Shown: positions 28,424-38,183, counted from the stretch's first letter. The stretch: 64,000 bases of DNA from an uncultured Candidatus Rokubacteria bacterium (GCA_963805625.1 CAWDVE010000010.1:832001-896000), one strand, 5' to 3'. The notes: generated by a model from the sequence alone, not told the origin. Numbers and translations are program-made.

Positions 28424-29739
28424 GACCGCTGCGCCCGAGTCAGATCTACCGCCCCGACGTGATGGAGGACATCCACGTCAAGGCGGAGCTGGGCCGGTAC
28501 CGCTTCCGGGGCTTCGGCACGCTCCGGCCCCGGCCCCTTCCCAGCCTCGACGATCTGACGTTCATCCCCTGCTCGCTCACCCGGATCCCGCTCGAGGGCT
28601 ACCGCGAGCGGTGCCGCACCACGACCGTCCTCGGGACGCGCCACGCCAAGCGGCCGATCGAGCTCGAGATCCCGGTGATGATCACCGGCATGAGCTGGGG
28701 GGCACTCTCCTACAACGCCAAGGTCGCCCTCGCCCAGGGCGCGCGGGCCGCCGGCACCTCGACGACCACCGGCGACGGGGGCATGCTGCCGGCGGAGCGG
28801 GAACACTCCCGCGTCCTCGTGTACGAGGTGCTCCCGAGCCGGTACGGCATGAACGTCCATCATCTCCGCTCGGCCGACGGGATCGAGCTCACCGTGGGCC
28901 AGGGGGCCAAACCCGGCACGGGGGGCATGCTGCTCGGCTCCAAGATCTCCGCCGAGATCGCCGCGGCCCGCGAGCTGCCGCCGGGGGTGGACCAGCGCAG
29001 CCCGGCGCGGCACCCAGACTGGCTCGGCCCCGACGACATGATCATCAAGATCGAGGAGCTGCGCGAGGCCACCGACTGGCAGGTTCCGATCTTCGTGAAG
29101 ATGGGCGCCACGCGCGTCTACGACGACGTCAAGCTGGCGGCGAAGGCGGGGGCCGACGTCGTGGTGGTGGACGGCATGGAGGGCGGCACCGCGGCGTCGC
29201 CGGACATCCTCCAGGACCACACCGGCATCCCGACCCTGGCCGCGGTTTGCGAGGCCCGTCAGGCGCTCCAGGACATGGGTCTCTACGGCCAGGTCCAGCT
29301 GATCATCGCGGGCGGGATCCGGTCCGGCGCGGACGCGGCCAAGGCCCTGGCGCTCGGCGCCGACGCGGTCTACATCGGGACGGCGGCGCTGATCGCGCTC
29401 AACTGCAACAAGCCCATCCACCTCGAAGACTACGAGGCGCTCGGAACGGAGCCCTACGCCTGCCACCACTGCCACACCGGTCGGTGTCCGGTCGGGATCA
29501 CCACCCAGGATCCCGAGCTCATGAAGCGTCTGCCCATTCCCGAGGCCGCCGAGCGGGTCACGAATTTCCTCAACGCCATGACACTCGAAATCCAGATGCT
29601 CGCCCGGGCGTGCGGCAAGGCCGACGTCCACGACCTCGAGCCCGAGGATCTGCGCGCGCTCACGCTGGAGTCCTCGGCGATCACCGGACTGCCGCTCGTC
29701 GGCACCCACTGGGTGCCCGGCCGGGGGCGGGAGCTCTAG
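28405..29739 (+). CDS. mgsC: N-methylglutamate synthase subunit C (FMN-binding glutamate synthase domain)
   Basis: GQGAKPGTGG, RHPDWLGPDD..IKIEELREATDW, DGMEGGT, CHHCHTGRCPVG Fe-S motif. Confidence 0.85.
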   Translation: MEGRVLRPLRPSQIYRPDVMEDIHVKAELGRYRFRGFGTLRPRPLPSLDDLTFIPCSLTRIPLEGYRERCRTTTVLGTRHAKRPIELEIPVMITGMSWGALSYNAKVALAQGARAAGTSTTTGDGGMLPAEREHSRVLVYEVLPSRYGMNVHHLRSADGIELTVGQGAKPGTGGMLLGSKISAEIAAARELPPGVDQRSPARHPDWLGPDDMIIKIEELREATDWQVPIFVKMGATRVYDDVKLAAKAGADVVVVDGMEGGTAASPDILQDHTGIPTLAAVCEARQALQDMGLYGQVQLIIAGGIRSGADAAKALALGADAVYIGTAALIALNCNKPIHLEDYEALGTEPYACHHCHTGRCPVGITTQDPELMKRLPIPEAAERVTNFLNAMTLEIQMLARACGKADVHDLEPEDLRALTLESSAITGLPLVGTHWVPGRGREL

Positions 29740-29842
29740 GGTCTCCGGCCGACGTCTTCCTGCCGAGGGAGACTGGCCGCCCACCGAGACAGGCCACCGC
29801 GCCCCCACGTCGCGCCCTCAACGTCGGGCCAAGGAGCCACGG

Positions 29843-31204
29843 ATGACCCTGGAGCAGATTCGCTCGCGAGTCCAGAAGGACAAGGTCGACTACATCCTGG
29901 CTCAGTTCGTGGACATTCACGGCACGCCGCGCTGCAAGGGAGTCCCGGCGCGGGCGCTCGATCTCTTCATCGAGGGATCCGCCGGCTTCGCCGGCGCGGC
30001 GGTGTCTGGGATGGGACAGGGCCCGCACGATCACGACATGATCGCGATCCCCGACCTCGGCTCCTACACGCCGGTCCCGTGGGAAACGGGCGTCGCTCGC
30101 TTCGCGTGCGACATCACGGTGGACGGCCAGACCTGGCCCTACTGTCCGAGGACGGCGCTCCGCCGCATGACCTCCGAGCTCCTGCGCGAGGGGTTCGTGA
30201 TGATGGTCGGCGCGGAGGCGGAGCACTTCCTCGTGCGGCGGCGGGAGGACGGCAGCATCGAGCCGTTCGACCCGGACGGCGTCGACACGCTCGAGAAGCC
30301 CTGCTACGACTTCAAGAGCCTGGCCGGGTCGATGGGCTACCTCCGCACGCTGGTGAAATACCTCGACCAGCTCGGCTGGGAGCCCTACGCCTCCGACCAC
30401 GAGGACGGGACGGCGCAGTTCGAGATCAACTGGAAGTACTCGGACGCCCTTACGACCGCGGATCGGGTCACCTTCTTCAAGATGATGACAAGCCAGGTGG
30501 CCAAGACCTTCGGCGCCATCGCGACCCACATGCCGAAGCCGTTCGCCCACCTCACCGGGTCCGGCACTCACTTCCACATCTCGCTCTGGGACGCCGCCCG
30601 GCAGCGGAATCTGTTCCTGGACGCGCGTGACCCGCGCGGCCTCGGGCTGTCCCGCCTGGCATATCAGTTCCTCGGAGGCGTCGTCCAGCACGCCCCTGCC
30701 CTCACCGCCGTGGTCGCCCCGACCGTGAACGACTACAAGCGCCTCTCGGTCGGCGAGTTCCTGACCGGGGTCACCTCCGGCTTCACCTGGACCCCCGCGT
30801 TCATCAGTTACGGCGACAACAACCGCACCCAGATGTTCCGGGTGCCCGAGCCGGGACGCTTCGAGTGCCGCCTGGTCTCCGGCTCCGTGAACCCGTACCT
30901 TGGCATGGCTGCCTTCGTCGCCGCCGGTCTCGACGGCATTCGCCGCCAGCTCGATCCCGGAGAGCCGAACGTCCGGAAGAACATGTACCGCGTGACCCTG
31001 GACGAGGTGAGGCGAGAAAAAATCGGCTTCATCCCCCAGAGCCTGGCCGACGCGATCACCTGCTTCGAGGCGGACCCCGTCGTCCAGCAGGCTCTCGGGG
31101 CCGAGCTCTCCGCGGAGTTCGTCAAGATGAAGCGGCAGGAGTGGGTGCGGTACCACAGCACGGTGAGCCGCTGGGAGATCGACCGCTACCTCACCCTGTT
31201 CTGA
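29843..31204 (+). CDS. gmaS: Gamma-glutamylmethylamide synthetase (type III glutamate-ammonia ligase, GlnT)
   Basis: GFAGAA, KPCYD, DHEDGTAQFEIN, MPKPF..GSGTHFH, YGDNNRT; follows mgsABC. Confidence 0.83.
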   Translation: MTLEQIRSRVQKDKVDYILAQFVDIHGTPRCKGVPARALDLFIEGSAGFAGAAVSGMGQGPHDHDMIAIPDLGSYTPVPWETGVARFACDITVDGQTWPYCPRTALRRMTSELLREGFVMMVGAEAEHFLVRRREDGSIEPFDPDGVDTLEKPCYDFKSLAGSMGYLRTLVKYLDQLGWEPYASDHEDGTAQFEINWKYSDALTTADRVTFFKMMTSQVAKTFGAIATHMPKPFAHLTGSGTHFHISLWDAARQRNLFLDARDPRGLGLSRLAYQFLGGVVQHAPALTAVVAPTVNDYKRLSVGEFLTGVTSGFTWTPAFISYGDNNRTQMFRVPEPGRFECRLVSGSVNPYLGMAAFVAAGLDGIRRQLDPGEPNVRKNMYRVTLDEVRREKIGFIPQSLADAITCFEADPVVQQALGAELSAEFVKMKRQEWVRYHSTVSRWEIDRYLTLF

Positions 31205-31256
31205 GCGGGTTCCCCTCGGACCCGGCACACGCGACCGCCGGAAGCTAGGAATCTGG

Positions 31257-31868
31257 ATGAGTGATCCGACGTTCGCCGGGCTCCGGCTGCGATTCATCGG
31301 CTCCGGCGACGCTTTCGGCAGCGGCGGGCGCCTCCAGACCTGCCTCTGCCTCGAGGGTCCCGGCGGCCGGGTCCTGATCGACTGTGGCGCGACGGCCCTC
31401 ATCGGCATGAAACGCGCGGGCGTCGATCCAGGATCGGTCGGCTGCGTCCTCCTCTCCCACCTCCACGGCGACCACTTCGGCGGTGTTCCCTTCCTCGTCC
31501 TCGACGGCCAGTTCGGTCGGCGCGAGAGCCCACTCGTGGTCGCCGGCCCGCCGGGGTCCCGGGAGCGCGTGACGGCGGCGATGGAGATCCGGTTCCCCGG
31601 CTCCTCCCGGGCGGCCCGCCGATTCACCACCGACCTCGTGGAGATCCCGCCGGGGGCTCCCACTGCGATCGGCTCAATGCTGGTCACCGGGTTCATCCTG
31701 AGGGGGCAACTGGAGATCGGGCTCAGCGATGGCACACTCCATCGATTCGGGCGCGGTGATGCCCGTCTGGTGGAGGACACGACCGGGGCTGGGCACACGA
31801 CGCGGGTGGTCGGGAGCGGGCCTTGCCTCACGATGTTGGTCCCGCTCGGCGGCGACGGAGACCACTGA
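31257..31868 (+). pseudogene. Chimera: truncated MBL-fold hydrolase fused to the C-terminal half of a cupin-like protein
   Basis: GSGDAFGSGGR, IDCG, SHLHGDHFGG; abrupt switch near 31692 to FILRGQLEIGLSDG..VEDTTGAGHTTR. Confidence 0.7.
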
Positions 31869-31890
31869 CCGTCGAGGGTTGGCTGGGATC

Positions 31891-33153
31891 ATGAGCGGGC
31901 GGCTTCCCGAGGTCGTCATCGTCGGGGGCGGCTTCGGCGGGCTCTACGCCGCCAGGACGCTGAGGGGCGCGCCCGTGCACGTCACGATCGTGGACCGACG
32001 GAATCACCATCTCTTCCAGCCGTTGCTCTATCAGGTGGCCACCGCAGCCCTGAACCCCGCGGACATCGCCGCCCCGATCCGGAGCGTGTTCCGGGGATGG
32101 AGGAACGTCTCGGTCGTGCTGGCGGAGGCCGTGGCGGTCGACGCCAACGCCCGAAAGCTCATCCTCGCCGATGGCGAGCTCCCCTACGACTACCTCGTGC
32201 TCGCGACCGGCGCGACCCACTCCTACTTCGGTCACGACGAGTGGGCGCCCTTGGCGCCCGGTCTCAAGAGCATCGAGGACGCGCTCGAGATCCGGCGCCG
32301 GGTGCTCCTCGCCTACGAGATGGCCGAGCGGGAGCAGAACGCCGAGCGCCGTCGCGAATGGATGACGTTCGTGATCATCGGCGGCGGGCCCACGGGCGTC
32401 GAGCTGGCCGGCGCGCTGGCAGAGATCTCGCGCCAGGCGCTGGCACGGGAGTTCCAGCACATCGACCCCAGCCACGCGCGCATCATCCTGATCGAGAGCA
32501 TGCCGCGGGTGCTCCCGCCCTATGCGGAGGACCTCTCGGCCAAGGCCCGGGCGCAGCTCGAGCGGCTGGGCGTGGATGTCTGGACCGGCGCCCGCGTGAC
32601 CGGGATCGACGCCGGTGTCGTCCACCTGGGCCAGGAGCGGATCCTCGCGCGGACCGTCGTCTGGGCCGCGGGCGTGGCGGCCTCACCGTTGGCGCGCACG
32701 CTCGGTGTCCCGCTGGATCGCGCCGGACGCATCCTCGTCCGCCCCACCCTCGCGATCCCCGGCCACGACGACATCTTCGTGATCGGCGACCTGGCGGCGG
32801 TGGAGCAGGACGGCAAGCTGGTCCCCGGAGTCGCCCCGGCCGCGATCCAGATGGGCCGGCACGCCGCGCGAAGCATCCGCCTGAGTCTCGCCGGCCAGCC
32901 CGGGCAGGCGTTCCGCTATCGCGACAAGGGCAGCTTCGCGACGATCGGGCGCGGCAAGGCGGTGGGCGAGATGCGCGGGGGCGTCAAGCTATCCGGCTTC
33001 CCCGCCTGGATCGCCTGGCTCGCGATCCACATCTTCTTCCTGATCGGCTTCCGCAGCCGGGTGCTGGTGATCTTCCAGTGGGCGTACTCGTACGTCACCT
33101 TCCGGCGCGGGGCCCGCCTGATCACCGGGGCGCCCCCGCCACCGCTCCGGTAG
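31891..33153 (+). CDS. ndh: Type II NADH dehydrogenase
   Basis: GGGFGG, FQPLLYQVAT, GGGPTGVELAG, GD..AIQMG, YRDKGS. Confidence 0.95.
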   Translation: MSGRLPEVVIVGGGFGGLYAARTLRGAPVHVTIVDRRNHHLFQPLLYQVATAALNPADIAAPIRSVFRGWRNVSVVLAEAVAVDANARKLILADGELPYDYLVLATGATHSYFGHDEWAPLAPGLKSIEDALEIRRRVLLAYEMAEREQNAERRREWMTFVIIGGGPTGVELAGALAEISRQALAREFQHIDPSHARIILIESMPRVLPPYAEDLSAKARAQLERLGVDVWTGARVTGIDAGVVHLGQERILARTVVWAAGVAASPLARTLGVPLDRAGRILVRPTLAIPGHDDIFVIGDLAAVEQDGKLVPGVAPAAIQMGRHAARSIRLSLAGQPGQAFRYRDKGSFATIGRGKAVGEMRGGVKLSGFPAWIAWLAIHIFFLIGFRSRVLVIFQWAYSYVTFRRGARLITGAPPPPLR

Positions 33154-33177
33154 CCGGCCCGATCAGCCGATGCGCCT

Positions 33178-33255
33178 CAGCCGTCAGGCGATGCGCCCCA
33201 GCCGTCAGGCGATGCGCCCCAGCCGTCAGGCGATGCGCCCCAGCCGTCAGGCGAT
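33178..33255. repeat. 21-bp tandem repeat (3 full copies plus partials) between convergent genes
   Basis: CAGCCGTCAGGCGATGCGCCC at 33178, 33199 and 33220; partial copy at 33241-33255; degenerate partial near 33164. Confidence 0.95.
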
Positions 33256-34008
33256 CCGGATGATCCCCGGCTCGACCTGCTCGAAGCGCGTCGCCACCTC
33301 CGGGTCGTGGCCCGCCACGACCCGGTCGCGTGAGCCCGCCAGGGCATGGATGGTCTCGAAGCCGGCCAGCATCTCCGGCAGGCTCGTGATGATCTGGACA
33401 GGCTGGAAGCGCTCCACGTTCCGGTAGAAGTGGGACGCGTCGGACGTGAGCACGATCCGGCCCTTCGCCGTCTCCACCGACACGATCTGGAGCCCCGCCG
33501 TGTGGCCGCCGATCCGGTGGACCCGGAGACCCGGCAAGACTTCCCGGTCGCCCTGGACCAAGCGGACGCGCCTCGCGTAGTTGAGCCGAACCAGCTCGGC
33601 CAGCGCCTCCGGGTGGGCAGACATCCGATACGCGTCGTAGCGGGCCACGGGCCCGGTCCAGAACGCGACCTCGTCCTGCTGGACCCAAAACTCGGCACCG
33701 GGAAAGTGCCGGTAGCCGGCCCAGTGGTCCCAGTGCAGATGCGTCACCAGCGCCGTGGGGATCTCGTCGGCCCGCACGCCGAGCCGCGCGACCATGGCGG
33801 CCGGGCTGACGTAGCCGCGAAGCCCCCGCGCGGCGGCGTCCTCTTCACCGAACCCGGTGTCGACCAGGACTGGATGCGGCCCGCCGAGGATCAGCCAGAC
33901 GAAGAAGTGGAGCGTGATCCGCTCGTGCGACGGCTCCCGGTAGAAGAACTCGCACGCCGTGGTGTCCCGCTCCCCGCACTTGAGCGCATAGACCTGGTAC
34001 ACACGCAA
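33247..34008 (-). CDS. N-acyl homoserine lactonase-family MBL hydrolase
   Basis: VDTGF, THLHWDH, GGHTAG, SDASH, AGHDP. Confidence 0.9.
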   Translation of the reverse strand: MRVYQVYALKCGERDTTACEFFYREPSHERITLHFFVWLILGGPHPVLVDTGFGEEDAAARGLRGYVSPAAMVARLGVRADEIPTALVTHLHWDHWAGYRHFPGAEFWVQQDEVAFWTGPVARYDAYRMSAHPEALAELVRLNYARRVRLVQGDREVLPGLRVHRIGGHTAGLQIVSVETAKGRIVLTSDASHFYRNVERFQPVQIITSLPEMLAGFETIHALAGSRDRVVAGHDPEVATRFEQVEPGIIRIA

Positions 34009-34051
34009 CCTCCGTCGAATGGAGTGGGCCCGGGTCGGGCCGGGGTCCAGT

Positions 34052-34570
34052 CTACCGCGTGAGCCAGCTGAGCAGGCGGCTCGGGAGGAGCGGACCGGCG
34101 AGAGCGGCCGAGGCTACCCGGTCGGCTTGGAGCGGGGCCGATCCGGGCTTCGAGCGGACAGGGGACGGCAGCGGATAGATGGCCCGTGTCGCCGCGGCGA
34201 CCACGTAGACACGCAGGTTGTTCGATTCGGGGTCCGCGGGGATGAGGAAGAAGCCCAGAGGATCCGTCGCGGGGCTGTCCGTCACCCCGACCATCACCTC
34301 GCCGTCACGGAACCGGACCTCGACGTGCGGTCGCACCACCTCCCCGGTGGGGAATTTCTGACCATCCTGTCGGGCAGGATTCCCGATGAAATCCCGGACG
34401 AAGAAGACCGCCTTGAGATCGCGCACGAGCACCTGGGTGGACGCTCCGATCGCACTCGGCTGCTCGAAAACATGGAACCGCGCTTGGGCGGGACCGAAGT
34501 CGAACGTGTATCCCTTGACCAGGCGCCCGTCGGCATAGCGGGCGACCACCTTCCGGTGACTCGCGGTCAT
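34052..34570 (-). CDS. DUF6982-like hypothetical protein
   Basis: KVVARYADGRLVKG..DLKAVFFVRDF..VRFRDGEVMVG..GFFLIPADPESNNLRVYV; GAGGAG SD. Confidence 0.75.
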   Translation of the reverse strand: MTASHRKVVARYADGRLVKGYTFDFGPAQARFHVFEQPSAIGASTQVLVRDLKAVFFVRDFIGNPARQDGQKFPTGEVVRPHVEVRFRDGEVMVGVTDSPATDPLGFFLIPADPESNNLRVYVVAAATRAIYPLPSPVRSKPGSAPLQADRVASAALAGPLLPSRLLSWLTR

Positions 34571-34655
34571 CGTGGCTCCTCTTCGGTTGAGGGCGAGCCA
34601 GTCTCGCGCCGGCGGTCTCTGACTCAGGCCATAAACCTCCCGCCGCGCGTCTAAG

Positions 34656-34671
34656 AGCAACATCCGTGCCA
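34656..34671 (-). promoter_or_regulatory. Sigma-54 (-24/-12) promoter
   Basis: Minus strand reads TGGCACG-GATG-TTGCT, an exact match to TGGCACG-N4-TTGCW. Confidence 0.8.
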
Positions 34672-34680
34672 CAGAAAGAC

Positions 34681-34727
34681 GGCCAGCGAACCAAGTCGCT
34701 CACCCGGCGACCAGCGATTCGCTGGCC
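34681..34727. repeat. Inverted repeat in the divergent promoter region
   Basis: GGCCAGCGAA ... TTCGCTGGCC with an inner GTCGC/GCGAC pair. Confidence 0.6.
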
Positions 34728-34771
34728 GCGCTTGCGGGCCTGGAACCCCCAATGTAGATTGGCTCCCGGTC

Positions 34772-35628
34772 ATGGTCGCTCGTCCCCTCGGACTCGGACG
34801 GCACCGCGCCGGGCTCGCCGCATGTGTCATCCTGTCGGTGCTGGGCGTTATGGCTGCCCTGGCTCCCTGGATCGCCCCCCAGGATCCCCTCGTCCAGAAC
34901 CGGACGGACCGCTTCCTGCCGCCATCCTTCCCCCACCCCTTCGGCACCGACGAGTTCGGGCGCGACATCCTGAGCCGGGTGATCCACGGCGCTCGCATCT
35001 CGCTCCTCACCGGCGCCGTCGCGGTGCTGATCGGCGGGATGGTAGGGGTGCCTCTGGGGCTCCTCGGAGGCTTCGCGGGCGGGCTCACCGACGCCATGAT
35101 CATGCGCGTGCTCGACTTCCTGCTGGCCGTGCCGGCGATCCTGCTCGCCATGGTCATCATCGCGATCCTGGGCCCCGGCTCGTTCAACGCCATGCTGGCG
35201 GTCGGCGTCGTGAGCGTGCCGGCGTTCGCGCGGCTGACGCGCGCCAGCACACTCACGCTCAAGGAGCGCGATTTCGTAGTGGCGACGCGGGCCCTCGGCG
35301 TCGGCCCCGCGTATCTCATGTTCCGTACGATCCTGCTGAACGCGCTCACGCCGATCGTCGTCCAGGTCGCGGTCACCGCCGCGGTGGCGATGCTGCTCGA
35401 GGCCGCGCTGTCCTTCCTCGGGCTCGGCACCCAGCCGCCCGCCCCCTCCTGGGGCTCGATGCTGAACACCGGCCGCTCGTTCCTCTACCACGCGCCATGG
35501 TACGGGCTCTTTCCCGGCATGGTGATCACGGTATCGGTCCTCTCCCTCAACGCGCTCGCCGACGTGCTGCAGGCCGTCATCGACCGCGGGGGGCGGGCCG
35601 CGCGACTGGGCCGGAGCGGATGTCCTGA
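34772..35628 (+). CDS. ABC permease (DppC-like) with a 1-bp frameshift near the 3' end
   Basis: FGTDEFGRD, PSWG; ATC GAC CGC lacks one C relative to the IDPR consensus; restoring it gives DPRGAGRATGPERMS* with a TGATG overlap. Confidence 0.88.
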
Positions 35629-36572
35629 TGGCCCGCTACGTTCTCTTTCGCGTGTTCCAGCTGCTGCCAGTCCTCCTCCTCGCGTCCGTCGCGGTCTGGC
35701 TGATGATCTACTTGATCCCAGGCGACCCCGCGATCGCGCTTCTCGGGCCCGACGCCACGGAGGAACAGATCCAGCTCGCCCGCGAGCGCATGGGTCTCCA
35801 CCGGCCGCTCCCGGTCCAGTACGGGCTGTGGCTCGGTCGCGCCGCCCGGGGGGACCTCGGGGTCTCCTACATCAGCGGCGTCCCCGTGGGAACGATGCTC
35901 AGGCAGCGCGTTCCGGTAACGATCCAGCTGACCGTGGCGTCCCTCGCGGTGGCGCTCGCGATCGCCGCCCCCTTGGGCGTCGTCGCTGCCGTGCGGCCGC
36001 GGTCCTGGATCGCCCGCGCGGTGACGGGCTACAATGCCATGGCGATGGCTGTCCCCACCTTCTGGCTCGGCATTCTGCTGGTGCTCTGCTTCGCGCTCTG
36101 GCTCCAATGGCTTCCCGCGTCCGGCTTCGTTCCCTTCTGGGAGGAGCCGGTGCGCGCGCTCCGGTTCCTGGTCCTCCCCGCCTTCACGCTTGGGGCCTAC
36201 GTCTCCGCGGTGCTGGCCCGGTTCACGCGCGCGGCCCTGATGGAGACGCTCTACCAGGACTACGTGCGCACCGCGCGAGCCAAGGGGCTGGGGGAGCGCT
36301 CCGTCGTCGGAGGCCACGCTCTCCGGAACGCGCTCATCCCGATCGTGACCGTCGTCGGACTCCAGTTCGGCGCCTTCATGGGCGGGACCGTCATCACGGA
36401 GGCGATCTTCGACTACCCGGGGCTCGGTCGGATGCTCCTCCAGGCCATCCTGACGCGTGACTACACGGTCGTGCAGGGCACGATCCTCTTCGTCGTCGTC
36501 GCCTTCGTCGCCATCAACCTCGTCACCGACCTCACGTACGCGCTTCTGGATCCGCGGATCCGGTACTCGTGA
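35628..36572 (+). CDS. ABC permease (DppB-like)
   Basis: LIPGDP, PTFWLG, DYVRTARAKGL, RDY, LDPRI. Confidence 0.95.
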   Translation: MARYVLFRVFQLLPVLLLASVAVWLMIYLIPGDPAIALLGPDATEEQIQLARERMGLHRPLPVQYGLWLGRAARGDLGVSYISGVPVGTMLRQRVPVTIQLTVASLAVALAIAAPLGVVAAVRPRSWIARAVTGYNAMAMAVPTFWLGILLVLCFALWLQWLPASGFVPFWEEPVRALRFLVLPAFTLGAYVSAVLARFTRAALMETLYQDYVRTARAKGLGERSVVGGHALRNALIPIVTVVGLQFGAFMGGTVITEAIFDYPGLGRMLLQAILTRDYTVVQGTILFVVVAFVAINLVTDLTYALLDPRIRYS

Positions 36573-36594
36573 ATCCACCCAGGAAGGAGACGCC

Positions 36595-38127
36595 ATGACC
36601 CGATTCCGCTCCCCGAGCCGCCGTCGATTCCTCCAGGGCCTTGCCGCAGGCAGCATCGCGGGGACGAGCCTCGCGACCGCGGTGCGCCGCGCCGCCGCGA
36701 AGAAGCGGGGCGGCACCGTGACCGTGGGTCTGCCGCAGGACGCCATCAGCTTCGATCCGCACAACCTCCTCTTCCAGGGCTTCCCGATCCACCAAAGCTT
36801 CTACGACACGCTCATCCGCTACGACCAGACGCTTCGCCCGCTACCCGGCCTCGCCGAGCGCTGGACGATCGCGCCGGACGGGCAGTCGGTCACGCTCGTC
36901 TTGCGAAAGGGCGTGAAGTACCACAGCGGGAAGGACATGGTCGCGGCCGACGTCGTGAAGAACTTCGAGAAGGCCGCCGACCCCGCGCGCGGCTTCAACA
37001 TGCTGCCGGCGGTCGCCAACGTCGCCGAGGTGACTGCGCCGGATGCCGGAACGGTCCTCATCAAGTTCAAGAAGGTGTCGCCCGAGGCCACCGACCTTCT
37101 CCAGGCCATGTCGATCATCGACCCCTCCGGCATGGACGGCATCGCCCGGCGCGCCGCCGGGAGCGGACCCTTCAAGTTCGTGGAGTGGATCCCCGGGGAC
37201 CGGATCGTCGGGGAGCGCAACTCCGACTACTGGAACAAGCCCGCGCCGTACGTCGACCGACTCGTCTACAAGGTCTTCGGCGACTCCGACGCCATGGTGG
37301 CCGCCCTCCAGTCCGGGATCATCGACCTCTGCACGTCCTTCCCGCCGAAGGACGTCGCCCGCCTCTCGCGCGACTTCAACATGGTCCGGGGCCATCCGGG
37401 GGCGCTGACCTACGAGTTCCGCATCAACGTCACGAAGCCGCCCTTCGACCGGAAGGAGGTCCGTCAGGCGCTGCACTACGCCATCGACCGGAAGGGGATC
37501 GTCGAGAAGGTGCTCTTCGGCATCAGCCAGCCGACGGTGCTCCCCTACAGCCCTCACTCCGCTGCCTACGACAAGACGGCCCTCGACAAGTACCCCTTCG
37601 ATCTCAACCGAGCAAAGGAGCTCCTCGGGAAGTCCGGCGCGACGAGCCTCAAGGCCGAGGCCATGGTCGTCAGCTCCTATCCCGAGCTCGGGGCCATCGC
37701 CCAGGTCATGCAGGCTGATCTAGTAAAGATCGGGTTCGACCTGTCCATCGCGGTCATCGACCCGACGCAGGGCAGCCGGCGGCTCCTGGCCGGTGACTTC
37801 CACTGCACGCCCTCGTTCTCCGGGAACACCCAGAAGTATCCGACGCGGGTGACGCTCAACAGCATCTGGCGCATGGCCAAGAACCCGGTGTGGGGCGACA
37901 ACGTCCCGAAGGCGTACGTCGACGCCGTCAACGAGGCCAGCGGCACGATCGACCCGGCCAAGCAGAAGGCGGCCTTCGCGAAGTTCAACGCGGCGATCCT
38001 CGACGAGTCCTGGGTGATCCCGATCGCCTATCGTCAGAGCGTGTTCGGGGTGGCCAAGCACGTCGACGGCTTCGCGTACACTGTCGACGACATGGCGGTG
38101 CTCGAGAACGTGAGCCTAGAGAAGTAG
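36595..38127 (+). CDS. Family 5 ABC substrate-binding protein with Tat signal
   Basis: SRRRFL Tat motif, FDPH, PGLAERW, GSGPFK, VRQALHYAIDR; AAGGAGA SD. Confidence 0.93.
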   Translation: MTRFRSPSRRRFLQGLAAGSIAGTSLATAVRRAAAKKRGGTVTVGLPQDAISFDPHNLLFQGFPIHQSFYDTLIRYDQTLRPLPGLAERWTIAPDGQSVTLVLRKGVKYHSGKDMVAADVVKNFEKAADPARGFNMLPAVANVAEVTAPDAGTVLIKFKKVSPEATDLLQAMSIIDPSGMDGIARRAAGSGPFKFVEWIPGDRIVGERNSDYWNKPAPYVDRLVYKVFGDSDAMVAALQSGIIDLCTSFPPKDVARLSRDFNMVRGHPGALTYEFRINVTKPPFDRKEVRQALHYAIDRKGIVEKVLFGISQPTVLPYSPHSAAYDKTALDKYPFDLNRAKELLGKSGATSLKAEAMVVSSYPELGAIAQVMQADLVKIGFDLSIAVIDPTQGSRRLLAGDFHCTPSFSGNTQKYPTRVTLNSIWRMAKNPVWGDNVPKAYVDAVNEASGTIDPAKQKAAFAKFNAAILDESWVIPIAYRQSVFGVAKHVDGFAYTVDDMAVLENVSLEK

Positions 38128-38183
38128 GCGCGGCGTCAATGCGCATCTCGGGCGCCGCCGGACGGCTCGGGCGGGATCGGTAG

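Noticed and set aside
26791-31204. Ordinary GS-GOGAT (glnA/gltBD)
   Set aside because: The split three-gene synthase, absence of gltD and GlnT-type motifs fit mgsABC-gmaS better.
33178-33255. Possible CRISPR array
   Set aside because: Units are head-to-tail with no spacers, they copy a gene end, and no cas genes are present.
34624-34626. Selenocysteine recoding of the leader TGA
   Set aside because: No recognisable selenoprotein context; the read-through product is short and featureless.
35629-36460. A novel C-terminal domain on the 562-aa permease
   Set aside because: Out-of-frame read-through over dppB caused by the 1-bp deletion.
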